Notes under the pieces: model-generated
Seen by the model: the letters and a program-made list of their open reading frames with translations, nothing else
Database searches by the model: none
Told to the model about the DNA's origin: nothing
Shown: piece by piece, positions 38,936 through 51,092 of the stretch
Numbering within the stretch: the stretch's first letter is position 1
Layout of the letters: every line of letters begins with the position of its first letter
Position numbers and translations under genes: made by a program
Assembly: GCA_951406725.2 (NCBI GenBank)
Contig: OX597823.1
Coordinates: 99,696,001 to 99,760,000 of the forward strand
Reading direction: 5' to 3'
DNA length: 64,000 bases
Source: Octopus vulgaris
Taxonomy: Eukaryota

Positions 38936-39740
38936 GCTGGACCACATACCCTGGTTAGCTTTGAAAGCTGGACCACATACCCTGGTTAGCTTTGCTGGCT
39001 GGACCACATACCCTGGTTAGCTTTGAAGGCTGGACCACATACCCTGGTTAGCTTTGAAGGCTGGACCACATAACCTGGTTAGCTTTGAAGGCTGGACCAC
39101 ATACCCTGGTTAGCTTTGAAGGCTGGACCACATACCCTGGTTAGCTTTGAAGGCTGGACCACCTACCCTGGTTAGCTTTGCTGGCTGGACCACATACCCT
39201 GGTTAGCTTTGAAGGCTGGACCACATACCCTGGTTAGCTTTGAAGGCTGGACCACATACCCTGGTTAGCTTTGAAGGCTGGACCACATACCCTAGTTAGC
39301 TTTGAAGGCTGGACCACATACCCTGGTTAGCTTTGAAGGCTGGACCACATAACCTGGTTAGCTTTGAAGGCTGGACCACATACCCTGGTTAGCTTTGGAG
39401 GCTGGACCACATACCCTGGTTAGCTTTGAAGGCTGGACCACATACCCTGGTTAGCTTTGCTGGCTGGACCACATACCCTGGTTAGCTTTGAAGGCTGGAC
39501 CACATACCCTGGTTAGCTTTGAAGGCTGGACCACATACCCTGGTTAGCTTTGAAGGCTGGACCACATACCCTGGTTAGCTTTGAAGGCTGGACCACATAC
39601 CCTGGTTAGCTTTGAAGGCTGGACCACATACCCTGGTTAGCTTTGAAGGCTGGATCACATACCCTGGTTAGCTTTGCTGTCTGGACCACATACCCTGGTT
39701 AGCTTTGAAGGCTGGACCACATACCCTGGCTAGCTTTGAA
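38936..39740. repeat. Minisatellite, 26 x 31 bp (GCTGGACCACATACCCTGGTTAGCTTTGAAG)
   Basis: Exact 31-bp period (e.g. ACCAC at 38941 and 38972), head-to-tail, no spacers, no indels. Confidence 0.98.
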
Positions 39741-40276
39741 CATGTAGTCTTAAGGATTTTTACTTCTTTCTTTTTCTTTTCTACTTATTGCTATCATCTT
39801 CTTCCTCTGTTTCTGTTGGTCACTGTTTTTTTTTTCTTAAATATGTCTATGAAAATATTTCTATGCAATATTAACAAAGAACTGGTGTAGAATGCAGAAA
39901 TGGTAGAAATTCCCATTATTGTCAAAGAATAATCAGTAACTGATGTTTATGATGATGGTGCTGCAGCCTGTGTTGTGCAGATGGTAGCACTTGTACACTA
40001 GTAGTGTCCTAGCAACAAATGTTGCAGATATGAAGTTCCCATAAAACTATTTGCCTGTTTAGTAGAACTGTTGGAATAGATGTCATTTGCTGTCTTTATG
40101 AGGAAATATATTTTCATGAAATGTTAACAAAATGTCACATTCAACTAAATTCTTATATCTTTGCTTATAATTTGTGTCTGTGTTTGAGTCTGACTGGAGT
40201 ATTTCCTGTATTTGTGTCTGTATATATTTCTTTATGAACATTCTTGTGCATCATAAATGGATGCATGTATGATGTG

Positions 40277-40338
<62 letters not shown>

Positions 40339-41712
40339 TTATGTGTGTGTGTTTGAGTAGACTTGTGAGATTTACTCATTGCTTAATTTGCTTCCCGGTG
40401 GCGTTAGCAATGGTCTGCTTGACATTGCAGTGTGACTTACTATCAGTAGTAAATTGTTTCATATTCGTCTGCCTGTTTTCAACTAATCTCTCTTGGCTCG
40501 CTTCCCAGCTGTCATTCACAGCAATCTAAAAGTATCATTTGATGTCAAACAAAACATTTCTTTCGGTCGGTTGCTCACATTAGTTCAGATTGTCAAATCA
40601 GACACTGAGGCAAGCTGTACTTCAACCACTCAATATTTGCATTGTTCTTGCTATGCACTTACCTGCTTTATTCTTCATTTTTACTATTTTTATTTGCAAA
40701 TGAGATTTCAGAGATAGAGAGAAAGAGTTGTGTGAAAGTAAAATTGATTAAAGCACACTTGACATGTGTTCAAACTTTGTTCTTGTGCAAGAAAGTTTAC
40801 TTTGCTTAAAACAAAATCTAAGAACTTCAATACTACTACTCACATGACATGATTGAATAGTTAGCTGTAAGAAGTGCATCCTGCTATCAAACATGTACCC
40901 AAAGAATTTACATATTTACGCTTGGAAGTGTGTAACAATAACTCATAAAAGAAGAAAACTAACAGAGACATTATTAGCAAAGAGACATTAGCACTGAACA
41001 AAGAAACTTTAAGAGAAGAATTTACAGCGGTTGATTCATCTTGTGAAGGAACAGAACATCTAGTGAATAGCAAATTAGTGACTGATGTAAAAGTTTGTGG
41101 CCTTATAAATGAAAAGACAGGTGTGTGTGTGTGTATGCTTATGTACATATTCAGTGACTATGTTTACATGATTCATTGTAGTTTTTGTGTGTGTGTTGAT
41201 GGTGAAGCAATTTTGATTTGGGTTCCAATCAACAAATTCAATAATTATGTAACTAGAAACTTTACCGTGGAATGTTACATTTCAGAGCATACAAGTTGAA
41301 GACAAGATCTGAAGTTAAATTGACTGACTGCGATTTTCATTCAATTGCTTAAAAGAAATGTGATAGATTTGGTTTTTCAAGTTTTGCAATGTCTGTGTTG
41401 ACTGACAGAATGTTATTGAAATATGAAAGGCACTTAACTTTTGTTGAAATTTACTACAAATATTTGAATTTACAGAACATCCCAAACACATTCAATATTT
41501 TCTTCTATCTGAAGTTTTTCTTTCACTTAAAGAACTTTCATTTTCATCCTGCATCTCTTACATCTCTGACGCCTTCTTTAACCCGTTTCATATCAACCAG
41601 TCTGAAACCAATGGTGGCTTTATCATAAAAATTTCCAGTTTTAAAATGATGTAAAACCATCCTTCAAACGTTTGTCACTATTCAAACATAAATTAACAAA
41701 GTTATTTCATTA

Positions 41713-42027
41713 TTCCAGTTCTATATTTAAGAGATGAGGAATTATGTACATTATTTACATTTGATGGATATTTGTCCTCATCTTGTTTGTTGCTAACACA
41801 ACGTTTCAGCTGATATACTCTCCAGCCTTCATCAGGTGTCATGGGGAAATTTCAAACCTGGGTTCTCATTCCTAAGGTATTTTTCGATGTTGTTGTTATT
41901 ATTATCATTGTTCATTCAGGTCACTGCCTACGCCATATGCCTGTGGGTATGAGCATGGGTATATCAGCTGGAAAGTTGTGTTAACAACAAACAAGATGAG
42001 GACAAATATCCATCAAATGTAAATAAT
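41713..42027 (-). mobile_element. Short non-autonomous Penelope-like retroelement with hammerhead ribozyme and inverted partial terminal repeat
   Basis: 12-bp TSD GTTATTTCATTA (41701-41712, 42028-42039); 71-bp inverted repeat (41748-41818 / 41959-42029, 3 mismatches); hammerhead core on minus strand. Confidence 0.8.
41795..41840 (-). ncRNA. Minimal type I hammerhead ribozyme (Penelope-type)
   Basis: Minus strand: GACAC-CUGAUGA-A-GGCUG-gagaguauau-CAGCU-GAAA-CG-UU^GUGUU. Stem I GACAC/GUGUU, stem II GGCUG/CAGCU, loopless palindromic stem III (AACGUU), predicted cleavage after GUU (41800^41799). Confidence 0.78.
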
Positions 42028-42214
42028 GTTATTTCATTAAATTCTTTATTTTCAAAATTAATTGAAACAAATGTAGTGTATTTCTAATGAAATATGGTAA
42101 CAAATGGGTTAATGAGGCAATGGGCTGTCAATGGTTTTGAATTCACGTTCAACATATCAGATATGATCTACTGTTAAGGCAAATGTCAATTCTTTTTTTT
42201 TTTTTTTGTCATTA

Positions 42215-42608
42215 CTAGCAGTATCGCCTGGCGTTGCTCGGGTTTGTAAGGGAAATAACTATATAAGCATTTTTAGAGAGTTATAGCCAAAAGATAGCAA
42301 AAAAATGCATTAAAAATGGGAAAAAAATGGTTAAATTTTTTTTAAATCGTTGACTCATCGTAGACATTTTTAGAGAGTTACTTCCCTTATATAATAGCGA
42401 AAAAATGCATTAAAATGGGAAAAAATTATGGTAAATTTTTTCTAAATCGTAGACTCATCGTAGATGTGTGCTTATACCCAGAAGGGATCGATATGAATCA
42501 CAACTATAAGATACCCGGCTTTGGTTAAACTGCACCGCAAAATGTGGGAGTAGTTAGGAATCTAAATCGTAGGAGACAGACACACAACTTGACTTTTATA
42601 TATAAAGA
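42215..42608 (-). mobile_element. Non-autonomous Helitron, second full copy
   Basis: Same TC...CTAG termini, A|T target and hairpin as 10189-10589; unrelated flanks. Confidence 0.88.
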
Positions 42609-43317
42609 TTTCTAAATTAGAATGTTGTGAATCTTCTTTTCCTCTTTCTTATCATCACTGGTTATATGTACATTTTAAAATCTCGGCACAAATTAATCTC
42701 TGTATTGCTAAATCCAATATCATTCCTTTCATAAAAATTTTCTGATATCTGTTGCCACTAGCCTTTCCCAGATTTTAGTTTTAATTACTTTTGCCAGGCC
42801 TTTAAGACTAGCAACATTATTATGGTTGTTGATCCATTTGAATTTTGGGAAGTTGATGTCTGTGAGAAAGACAAAAGCAGGGAAAGAAATCCAAACATTT
42901 GCAATTGTGGGTGGAAAGATTGAGAAAAGTCTGAAAATTTGCATTTATTTTTAAGGTGGGACATAAAAGGGACAATGAATGGGAAAAGGAAAAATGGGTG
43001 CATCAGGGGGTTCATATGACTGAGAAGGGAGGCACATTCAGAAGAATAACAAAAGGTGGGGGTTGATTATAATCAGTTCTCTTAGCTTTAAAATGTTGGA
43101 AGTGAAAATAATGATGATGATGACATCAGTCTTTCTCTCTCACTTGATCTAAAACAGTTCTGAATCATTTTAATATTTTGTTTGAGTTTAGCAATTAACA
43201 CATTCACTCTTTATTTTATTCTTTCTTTTAAGAACTTTAAAAATAAAGGCCAAAAGAAATAGTTAATAGCATGTATATGTATATGTTAAAAAATTTGCAA
43301 ATGTAAATTATCTGTCA

Positions 43318-43321
<4 letters not shown>

Positions 43322-43351
<30 letters not shown>

Positions 43352-43367
43352 TGCTCTTTCTCTCTCT
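43322..43367. repeat. (CT)n microsatellite (another at 18254-18313)
   Basis: Seen directly. Confidence 0.95.
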
Positions 43368-44913
43368 GAAAGGTTCTGTTGTCTATCAAACCATAAAACT
43401 TCAATTTGCAAACTAATAATGGGTTTTCTTATGATGATAAAATTCAAATTAGAAATGACATGTTTTGCTGCAGGATCCTAGTGGAGTGCCTCCTCAAATG
43501 TTCAAATATTTGTCACTTTTGAGTGTCTTGTCATTCACAAGTCACCCTACTCAATGTCAACACAACTGTCTCTCCAAATACTAACAGTTCCAGAAAGAAG
43601 GTTACATGAGTGTTTATGGACATAACACAAATACATGCATGTAGACACATGGTGCACATGGACCAAAAGAAAGCAATTTATTCTGTAACTTAGTATATTT
43701 ATTTGTATGTCAGAAATTTAGATTATTGATTGTGTGATGATAGTCAAAGTTGCAGTTTATTATTGAAGAAGACAAATGTTGTTTTTGTTTGTGAATTAAT
43801 ATTCACCCTTGATTTGTTTGTTTTTGGAGAAGAAAAATCTTTAAAAATATTAATGAATATAAACTAAACATAATTGTTTATTTTATACCTGAAATATGTT
43901 TAGAAACAAAAAAAAAAAAAGCAAGAGTTTTAAAATTTTGTTGGTTTAGTTTGGTCTTAAAAGAAAAAGATTTGGGGAAAAAAATACTAACTAAAAGAGC
44001 TGTATGTAGAACTCAAATAGAAAAGTATTGTTTGGTTCATTAAAGTTGTTTTCGTTTCTGTTTTAATTGGAAAACAGAAAACAAACAAGAAAGAGTATTT
44101 TAAATTGTATTTTATTAATTTTTGTTCAGTTTATTTTTATTTGTATTTTTCCTGAGTGATAAAATCAAGGCTTTGGCACCAACAGTGTGTAATGCAACTT
44201 TCTACATTTTGACTTCCATGTGGTTTGTTGCGTCAATTAATTAACTATATATAGTCGTTCTCCTAACAGTTCTTTTGAGGTCTCTTATATTTTCTTTTCA
44301 AGAAAGATTCTATTTCAAGTATGTGTATGTTTGTGTATGAGGGTCGGATGGGGGCATATGTCTATTTGTTATGTTGTCTCTTTATTTATTTAAACTGTTT
44401 AACTTCTAAAACCAAAATTGAAAGAAGAAAATCTTTCTTTTTCTGGTGGTAGTTGGTATGTTAAAATCTCTTCCACCACAATCCTTCAAAATACTATTTA
44501 TATATTTAAGCAAATGTTGTAGAACTATTATGTCAACAATTTTTATAGCTGAATTGAGTGTTTTTAGTTGGGTTTGGGGGTCATAAGGAGAGAAGAGTGT
44601 CATCTTTTATGTGCTTTTTATTGGCTTTTGCCTTTTCCCTTTCCATAAATCATTAACAAGGAAGATTGAGATTTAGGAAAGAATCTCATTTTGGAAGATA
44701 ATGTAGTCGTCACCAGTATCATCTAAGACTAAGACTACATATTAATGTCAGTGGTGGTGGTGGTGGTTTTGATAATGTTTACACTTGTGATGCCAGGGTG
44801 CAGCAGAGTGCAAGGTATTGCACTCAACAGAAATGAAAATTTCAGGTTAATTGTTGTTGCTCATAGTTTTCGTTAAACTTTTTAATATATTACATAATAG
44901 TTACTGTTGTTGC

Positions 44914-45125
44914 CATCATCATCATCATCATCATCTTTTATGCCTGACATAGGTTGAATGGTTTGATAGGATCCAATTTAATTTGAGGACTGTGTTATGC
45001 TCCAACATCTTTGGAATGGTTTCTATGGCTGGATGCCCTTCCTAATACCAACCACTTTACTGCATGGACTGAGTGCTTTTGTCTTGGCACCAATCCCAGT
45101 GAGGCCACCATGTGAATGGCAAGAC
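44914..45125 (-). mobile_element. Family D-like repeat, decayed
   Basis: (CAT)n end; GGTTTCTATGGCTGGATGCCCTTCCTAATACCAACCAC. Confidence 0.65.
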
Positions 45126-46207
45126 TCTTTGACTGAGTGGGAGCGTTACAGAGACGGTGGGGGAGGGCAGCTTTATGTTAGGTGTTGAAGGGTTAAAGTA
45201 TGAAAGAAGGGCTGGGAACAGGTGTTTTGCTGTAGAGAAACTACATGCCTACTTTCCATGATATAAGATTTTTTGGGATTAATCAGGGTGGAACTGGAAA
45301 GAGAGATAAAGTTGCTTACCTGTTTACAGTCATTGAACTGAGGGAATGGGGAATGCCTTGAAAGTTTTTTTGTAGTTGATCACATCATTCCTGGTGCTTA
45401 TTGTAATGGTTTCTGTTTCTTTGTGCCTCTAAGATTCTAGACATAAACAAAAACATAGCTTTTTTTGTTCAGGTGCTATCAATGTAAAAACAGAGGCACA
45501 CACACACACAACAAGCTTCTACTGAAGATGTTATGCAGCAGGATCAAACCCATGACCACATGGTTGCCTATCAAACTTCTCATCTACACAGCCACACCTT
45601 TGCCTATATTTGTGTATGTTCACACACGCAGGCACATGTACATACACACTCACGTTTTTCTGTATGTTAGTATGTTTGTGCATAGAGACAAATGTGTTCT
45701 GTTTGTATGTGTTGGTCTATGTACACTTTATAATATGCATGCAAATACTTGAATGTTTATTCGTGTTTCTGAGTCCACACACACACAGCAACAGTATGTA
45801 ATCGGTGTATTGCAGCATTACACACACGCACACATGCAAGCACACACACGTGTACTATTTGTTTCTATCTGACAAATATTTAGCATCACAGAAGGCCTTG
45901 GCATAGCTCTTTGTAGTTTCCACAGTATTGTTTGTTTTATGGGTGAAGGTCTGCTCGTCCAACAACAAACCTTTCTTTTTTCCTCTGTGATCTAAGAAAA
46001 CACTTGTGAATTATACACAAGCAACATGTCGTCGTACCACTTTCAGGCTAGATGAACTTGTCTGATGGGTGTTTAATGCCCTGGCTGTGAACATAAGACA
46101 ATGCAAGTGACGAGATATTAACAGCTGACCTCTGGATTGGTTGTTGAACATTAACTCTGCCGTTGATTCATTCCCTATTTGAACAGAAATAATGGGTGGT
46201 AGCGATG

Positions 46208-46505
46208 GATAATAACAATAATCCCCTCCATCATAGGTTCATGGCCTGACATATTTTTTGCGGGGGAGGGGGGGTCAAGTGAATTATATCAACCTCAGTA
46301 TTTGACTGGTATTTATTTCTTCAAATTTGCTTTGGCAGCATTTGAACTCAGAATGTAAAGTTGGATGAAATACCACTAAGCATTTTGTCCGGCATGCTAA
46401 CAATTCTGCCAGCTCATCACCTTAATAATAATAATAATAATAATCTTCTAAAGGCACAAGTCCTGAAATTAGTGGTCAAGGGACTAGTTGATTACATTGA
46501 CCAAA
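46208..46505 (-). mobile_element. SINE family B plus the tail of a second copy
   Basis: ATTTGAACTCAGAATGTAAAG..AAATACCACTAAGCATTTTGTCCGGCATGCTAACAATTCTGCCAGCTC. Confidence 0.75.
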
Positions 46506-48548
46506 TAAAGGAAGACAGCAATGAAAGCTACAAGTACATGCAGAGTTCACGGAATAAAACACAAAATGACAGAAGAGGGAAGAGTAAAAAAGGGTGCTTA
46601 GGCAGGTCAGAAGTTTCAGTAAATTTTGGGAAGCATGGAATTGTTGAAGGGTGCAATATCTTGACAGCTAACAACTGATGTTGGTAATCTTTTCCATGTC
46701 TTGGCAATTCTTTATATGGAAAAACGTTTTTGGAATTTATGAGCAAATTGTAATATGTGTGTTTACAAAAGACGTCTTTTTTTTTTTTCCTCATTTTCTT
46801 TGTAAGACTTTCACTTATATATTGTATGGTGAAAAGATAGTTGATTCCTTTTTCATTGAAGAACATTTTGCTTCCATTGTTTGTTCTTCTGTTTGGTGAT
46901 ATAAGAACATTGTTGGTAGGACTAATGGAAAGGTGACATGTGACAGGGTGCACTGTTGATAATAAGTGTGTTGTGGTTTGATGTTCATCAGGATTATTCT
47001 TGCTTTTACTGTTGCCATGCTGGGGAACCACCTTCAAGGATTCTATTTGTTCATATAGATCCCTCCCCGCAGTACTTATTCCAGTCTGGTATTTATGTTA
47101 TTGATTGAATTAAGTCAATAAATCAATCAATATGGTTCAATCATATCAAATTCCAGTACTGGTTATTGATTTTATTGAGGTCGAACCACTAATTCACAGG
47201 TCACCATGTAAATCCAGCATGAGTTGACTGGAGGCAAATGTCTCCATGCAGGCAACAGGCTTTCACATGCTTTCCATCTCCCAAATTCTTCTCCCAGACC
47301 AGTGGTCAACAAGGGGCTACAAGTCAGCCACAGTACCATACTGAGAGACTGAACTGACAACCACAGGCTTGTGAAACTACCATCTTTTTAATTTGTCAAT
47401 TTAATTTTTAGTAAAACTTCTTCCACTTCTGTTTAAAATTCTTTCAACAAACCTGCATGCAACTGGATTTTAAAAAACGAAACTTAGATTATTCTCCAAA
47501 TTTCAATGATTATTTTTTTGTGTTGATGAGTTTCAAACTTCAGTTTTTGTATTACTTGATTGATGTCGTCATTCAAGGTTGGTTTCTTTTCTTTTACATT
47601 TGTTTCATTTTACATAGCTGATGCATGTATTGGTCCATTGTTCCAATTCGTTTAGTAATTCTTTTCTTTTTATTGACGAAATTATCTACACTTTCTTCTT
47701 TTTAAATTGTTTTTTTTTTTTATATACCTCCATATATTTTTATCCTTACCATTTATATCTTGAGCGCATGCACTCACACACATCACGCATGCACTCACAC
47801 ACCCACACACATATACAAATATTGCTGAATATATTTGTATAGATGTGTGTGTGTGTGTGTGTTTAAGCAATAAAAATACGCTTTATGAAGGCAGCAAGCA
47901 ACCCCACCACCCACCCTGCAGAAGTCTTTGTTTATATCTCTGCAGTTTTACAACTAATTTGCTTAGTTATTTCATAATTGTAATCTATTTGTATGTTTGG
48001 AGATAAGACTTAAGTAATTAAGCTATCTTGTGGAATATATTTTCAGTGATAAACAAGAACCATTCGTAATCCCAAATGGCATTTATACAGGATAATTGAA
48101 CATGGAAAATGAACTGCAGACATGCGTGCATGACTGCGCACATATCCCCTCTACCCATTCTTACTGATTTTTATTCTGCTTTAGTCAACCATTAATAAAA
48201 AAATGAAGCTTGTTGCTTTACTTCTTCGTAACGATGAATTTGTCTATCAATGCTGTTTTTCTATGACGGAATATTTTGTGTTGAAATTTCATTATAGTTA
48301 TGTCACTATCTTATTCCTCTATGGTTGATATAGTTTTACCAGTTAAATTCTCACAATCAGTTGATTGCTTACACATGGTTCTGTTAAAGAAAGGACTTTT
48401 TTTTTTATATAAGAAATATTACTTTTATTGTATATTAAACCAGATACATTATCAAGATTGAATTTTTGTTATGGCTATCAGCTGCCCCTGGACATGTTTA
48501 TCACTTTAGTCATGGCCTTTTGCCCAAAGTCGCATTTGTTGATATTAC

Positions 48549-48780
48549 TTAACCCATTAAGTCCCACTGCCCTATAAATAGGGCACTAAATGAGAACATT
48601 AAATAAGCTATATCACATTGTCTCAGTGTCCTATTTATAGGACACCGAGTATTTCCATTTCTACTTGAAATAAAGGAATTTTAATAATCATTTTTTTCAT
48701 TTTAATCTATTTTCAATCATCTGTCAAAATTTAAAAGTAATCTACAGAAATTTAAGTACTCTGGGACCTTATTAGGTTAA
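48549..48780. mobile_element. Third TTAA-flanked MITE with two internal palindromes
   Basis: TTAACCCATTAAGTCCCA...TGGGACCTTATTAGGTTAA; palindromes TGCCCTATAAATAGGGCA (48568-48585) and GTGTCCTATTTATAGGACAC (48626-48645). Confidence 0.7.
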
Positions 48781-50084
48781 GATAACAAACGTTATTTATT
48801 TTTGAAAGGATCCATATATGTAGATTATATATTTTATATATAATAAACATTGATAGCTGTGTAACCGTTAGCAGCACATTAAGTTAGCAGCAGCAGGAGC
48901 CAACACACAGTTACACCCGGCTTCTTCCCCTACACCCCCTGCATTTTAAGTCAGTTGACTTGTTAAACTTCTAGTTATATGCTAATTATCCCTGGTAGCA
49001 CATGTTCTTCAACCCTGACTTATTAGAAACTGTTAGGCATCTGAGTGAAACCAGCCTCTTAGAGGTGTGTTCCTCTGCGTCCCACGCACAATAAAAAAAA
49101 AACTCAGTGACCTAAGACCACAACACTCATTGTTGTGCTGCATCAGTTCAAGTATATAAAAAAAAGCTTTTCAATGCCCCCCCCCCACTATGGACTGTAC
49201 AGCATTTACTCACCACAACAACTCTTACAAAACAACCATCCAAACCACAGTAGACATCTTCAAGCATCACACAGCCCTAAAATTCTCCGCACTTCCCAAA
49301 CTGCAGCTAATCCTTTTGGTTTCTTGCCAGAACAATCCCTGGCAATTTTATGGAATCCTCTACTCCTTCATTTCTCAGTCACCTTTTACCCTCTGTCCAT
49401 CCACATTCTTCAGAAGGACTTGGCACCACAGAGTTCGCATGCAGGTAGCACTTCCAGATAGCTGGCTTATTGAACAGGTATGAAGAGACAGTCTTTAAAT
49501 AGTGTCAGCAAATAGGATTCAGCCTCTTCTATTTTGATGCCAAAGAATTAGTAGTGCCTTTCATTCATCTCAACAGTGCTGCTCTTAGAAGTCTACAATT
49601 GTCTGGTGAACTAACCAATTTTTTCTGACAGGTCATTACTCACTTCCTCTGTGACTGCTCTGGTCAAGTAACATGAAGTCTTTTTTTTCTCACCATCCTC
49701 AGTGCACTCCACTTGCCTTGACTGATGAATACTCTGAGAGGCTTACCACCTGACAAGGTGTGTAAGCCAGGCAACTTGCTGCCAGTTTGCTGATGTCTAC
49801 AAATTGTGTATATTTTTGTGTCCTACATTTTTGCTTGATAGAAGAGGTAGCGTCCTGGAAGCTATGACATGGGTTGATGTGTTTGCCATCTTGAGTAATA
49901 CTGGTATTTGGTCCAAAGATGATTTTTTGCACTCTCTGCCTCTCTTGTAAATCCTCATTATCATTGTTATTTAGAGTTCAGTTGTGACGACTGGCAATGT
50001 AGCTCGGCTAACTTTGCTTCATCATTAATACTTAGCTTTTACTCTTGTTTTGCCTTTCATATTTCATCAGATTGATTTATATAT

Positions 50085-50290
50085 GAAACCTTTCGATACC
50101 AATCTGTCTGAGATCCCCCCCTCATCCCTCCGTTCTATAATTCCAACTCCCTGTTTTAAAACTTTCCATCAAAATTTTAGGTTTCAACCACTCGCTTAAT
50201 AATGAGTTATTTTACTAAATTCTTTATTTTAAAAATTAATCGAAATGAAGGCAGTATTTTTCAGCAGAAATATTGTAACAAATGGGTTCA
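50085..50290 (-). mobile_element. TTAA MITE family P1
   Basis: ACCTTTCGATACCAA...ATTGTAACAAATGGGTTCA. Confidence 0.7.
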
Positions 50291-50788
50291 CACCTTGTGC
50301 TCAAGCCTACCAAATGAATGTTTGTCAGTGTGTGAAGATGTCATCATCATCATCATACTTTTGACTTATCCTCTTTCTTGCAAACACTTTTCCAATGCCC
50401 CTCCTCCCCCCGATAAAAATTTAAAGTAAAAAAAGAGGTGTTGGTAACCAACTTTGCATCATGGAAAAGAAACTTTAAATTTATAACTTTCAGAACAACT
50501 TCCTTCATTTAGAATCTTAGAATGAGATAACGGCAGATGTGTAGAGTTATATGGGTGAGAGAGAGAGAGAGAGGCTGATTTGAGGAGAGGAAGGAGTAGA
50601 TTTCAGCAATGTCAGTGTTGAGAGTTGCACAGTTGTTAATGGAATGCTGTTGGTGCCATTAAAATGCAGTTGACTCTTTATAAGTGATGATAAGGTGTAG
50701 ATCTTGTTATAAAGAGAGATTGTTTATAGATATATGAGGGATAGTTTTTACAGTGATTATAAAAAATTTGAAATAGGACAGACAACTA

Positions 50789-51002
50789 AGGTGGTGGAGC
50801 TGGCAGAAACGTTAGCATGCTGGGTGAAATGCTTAACGGTATGTCATCTGTCTTTTCGTTCTGAGTTCAAATTCCACTGCGGTTGACTTTGCATTTCATC
50901 CTTTCAGGGTCAGTAAATTAAGTTCCAGTTGTGTACTGGGGTCAATCTAATCAACTGGACCCCTCCCCAGAAAATTTTGGGCCTTGTACCTTGAGTAGAA
51001 AA
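50789..51002 (+). mobile_element. SINE family B, full length, about 19-bp TSD
   Basis: GAAATAGGACAGACA(A/G)CTA at 50770-50788 and 51003-51021; GAGTTCAAATTCC B-box. Confidence 0.9.
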
Positions 51003-51092
51003 GAAATAGGACAGACAGCTAGGTTGCTGAAAAAGTTCTTCCCAGCCTTAGTCAAAGCATAATGAAGGAGTAGTTTGTATATTGTGGCTATT

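Larger units (their letters stand above)
41578..42112 (-). mobile_element. TTAA MITE family P1 interrupted by a nested insertion at 41713-42027
   Basis: TTAACCCGTTT...ATGGTAACAAATGGGTTAA; the P1 body resumes after the duplicated GTTATTTCATTA. Confidence 0.8.

Noticed and set aside
38936-39740. CRISPR array (31-bp palindromic repeats)
   Set aside because: Units are head-to-tail with no unique spacers, no cas genes, eukaryotic context
46528-47037. 169-aa minus-strand ORF
   Set aside because: Begins in a SINE fragment; no domain or splice support
49130-49940. Possible decayed hAT or LINE coding relic (minus-strand THVIASRTLP)
   Set aside because: Single short motif, no termini; cannot be supported without a translated search
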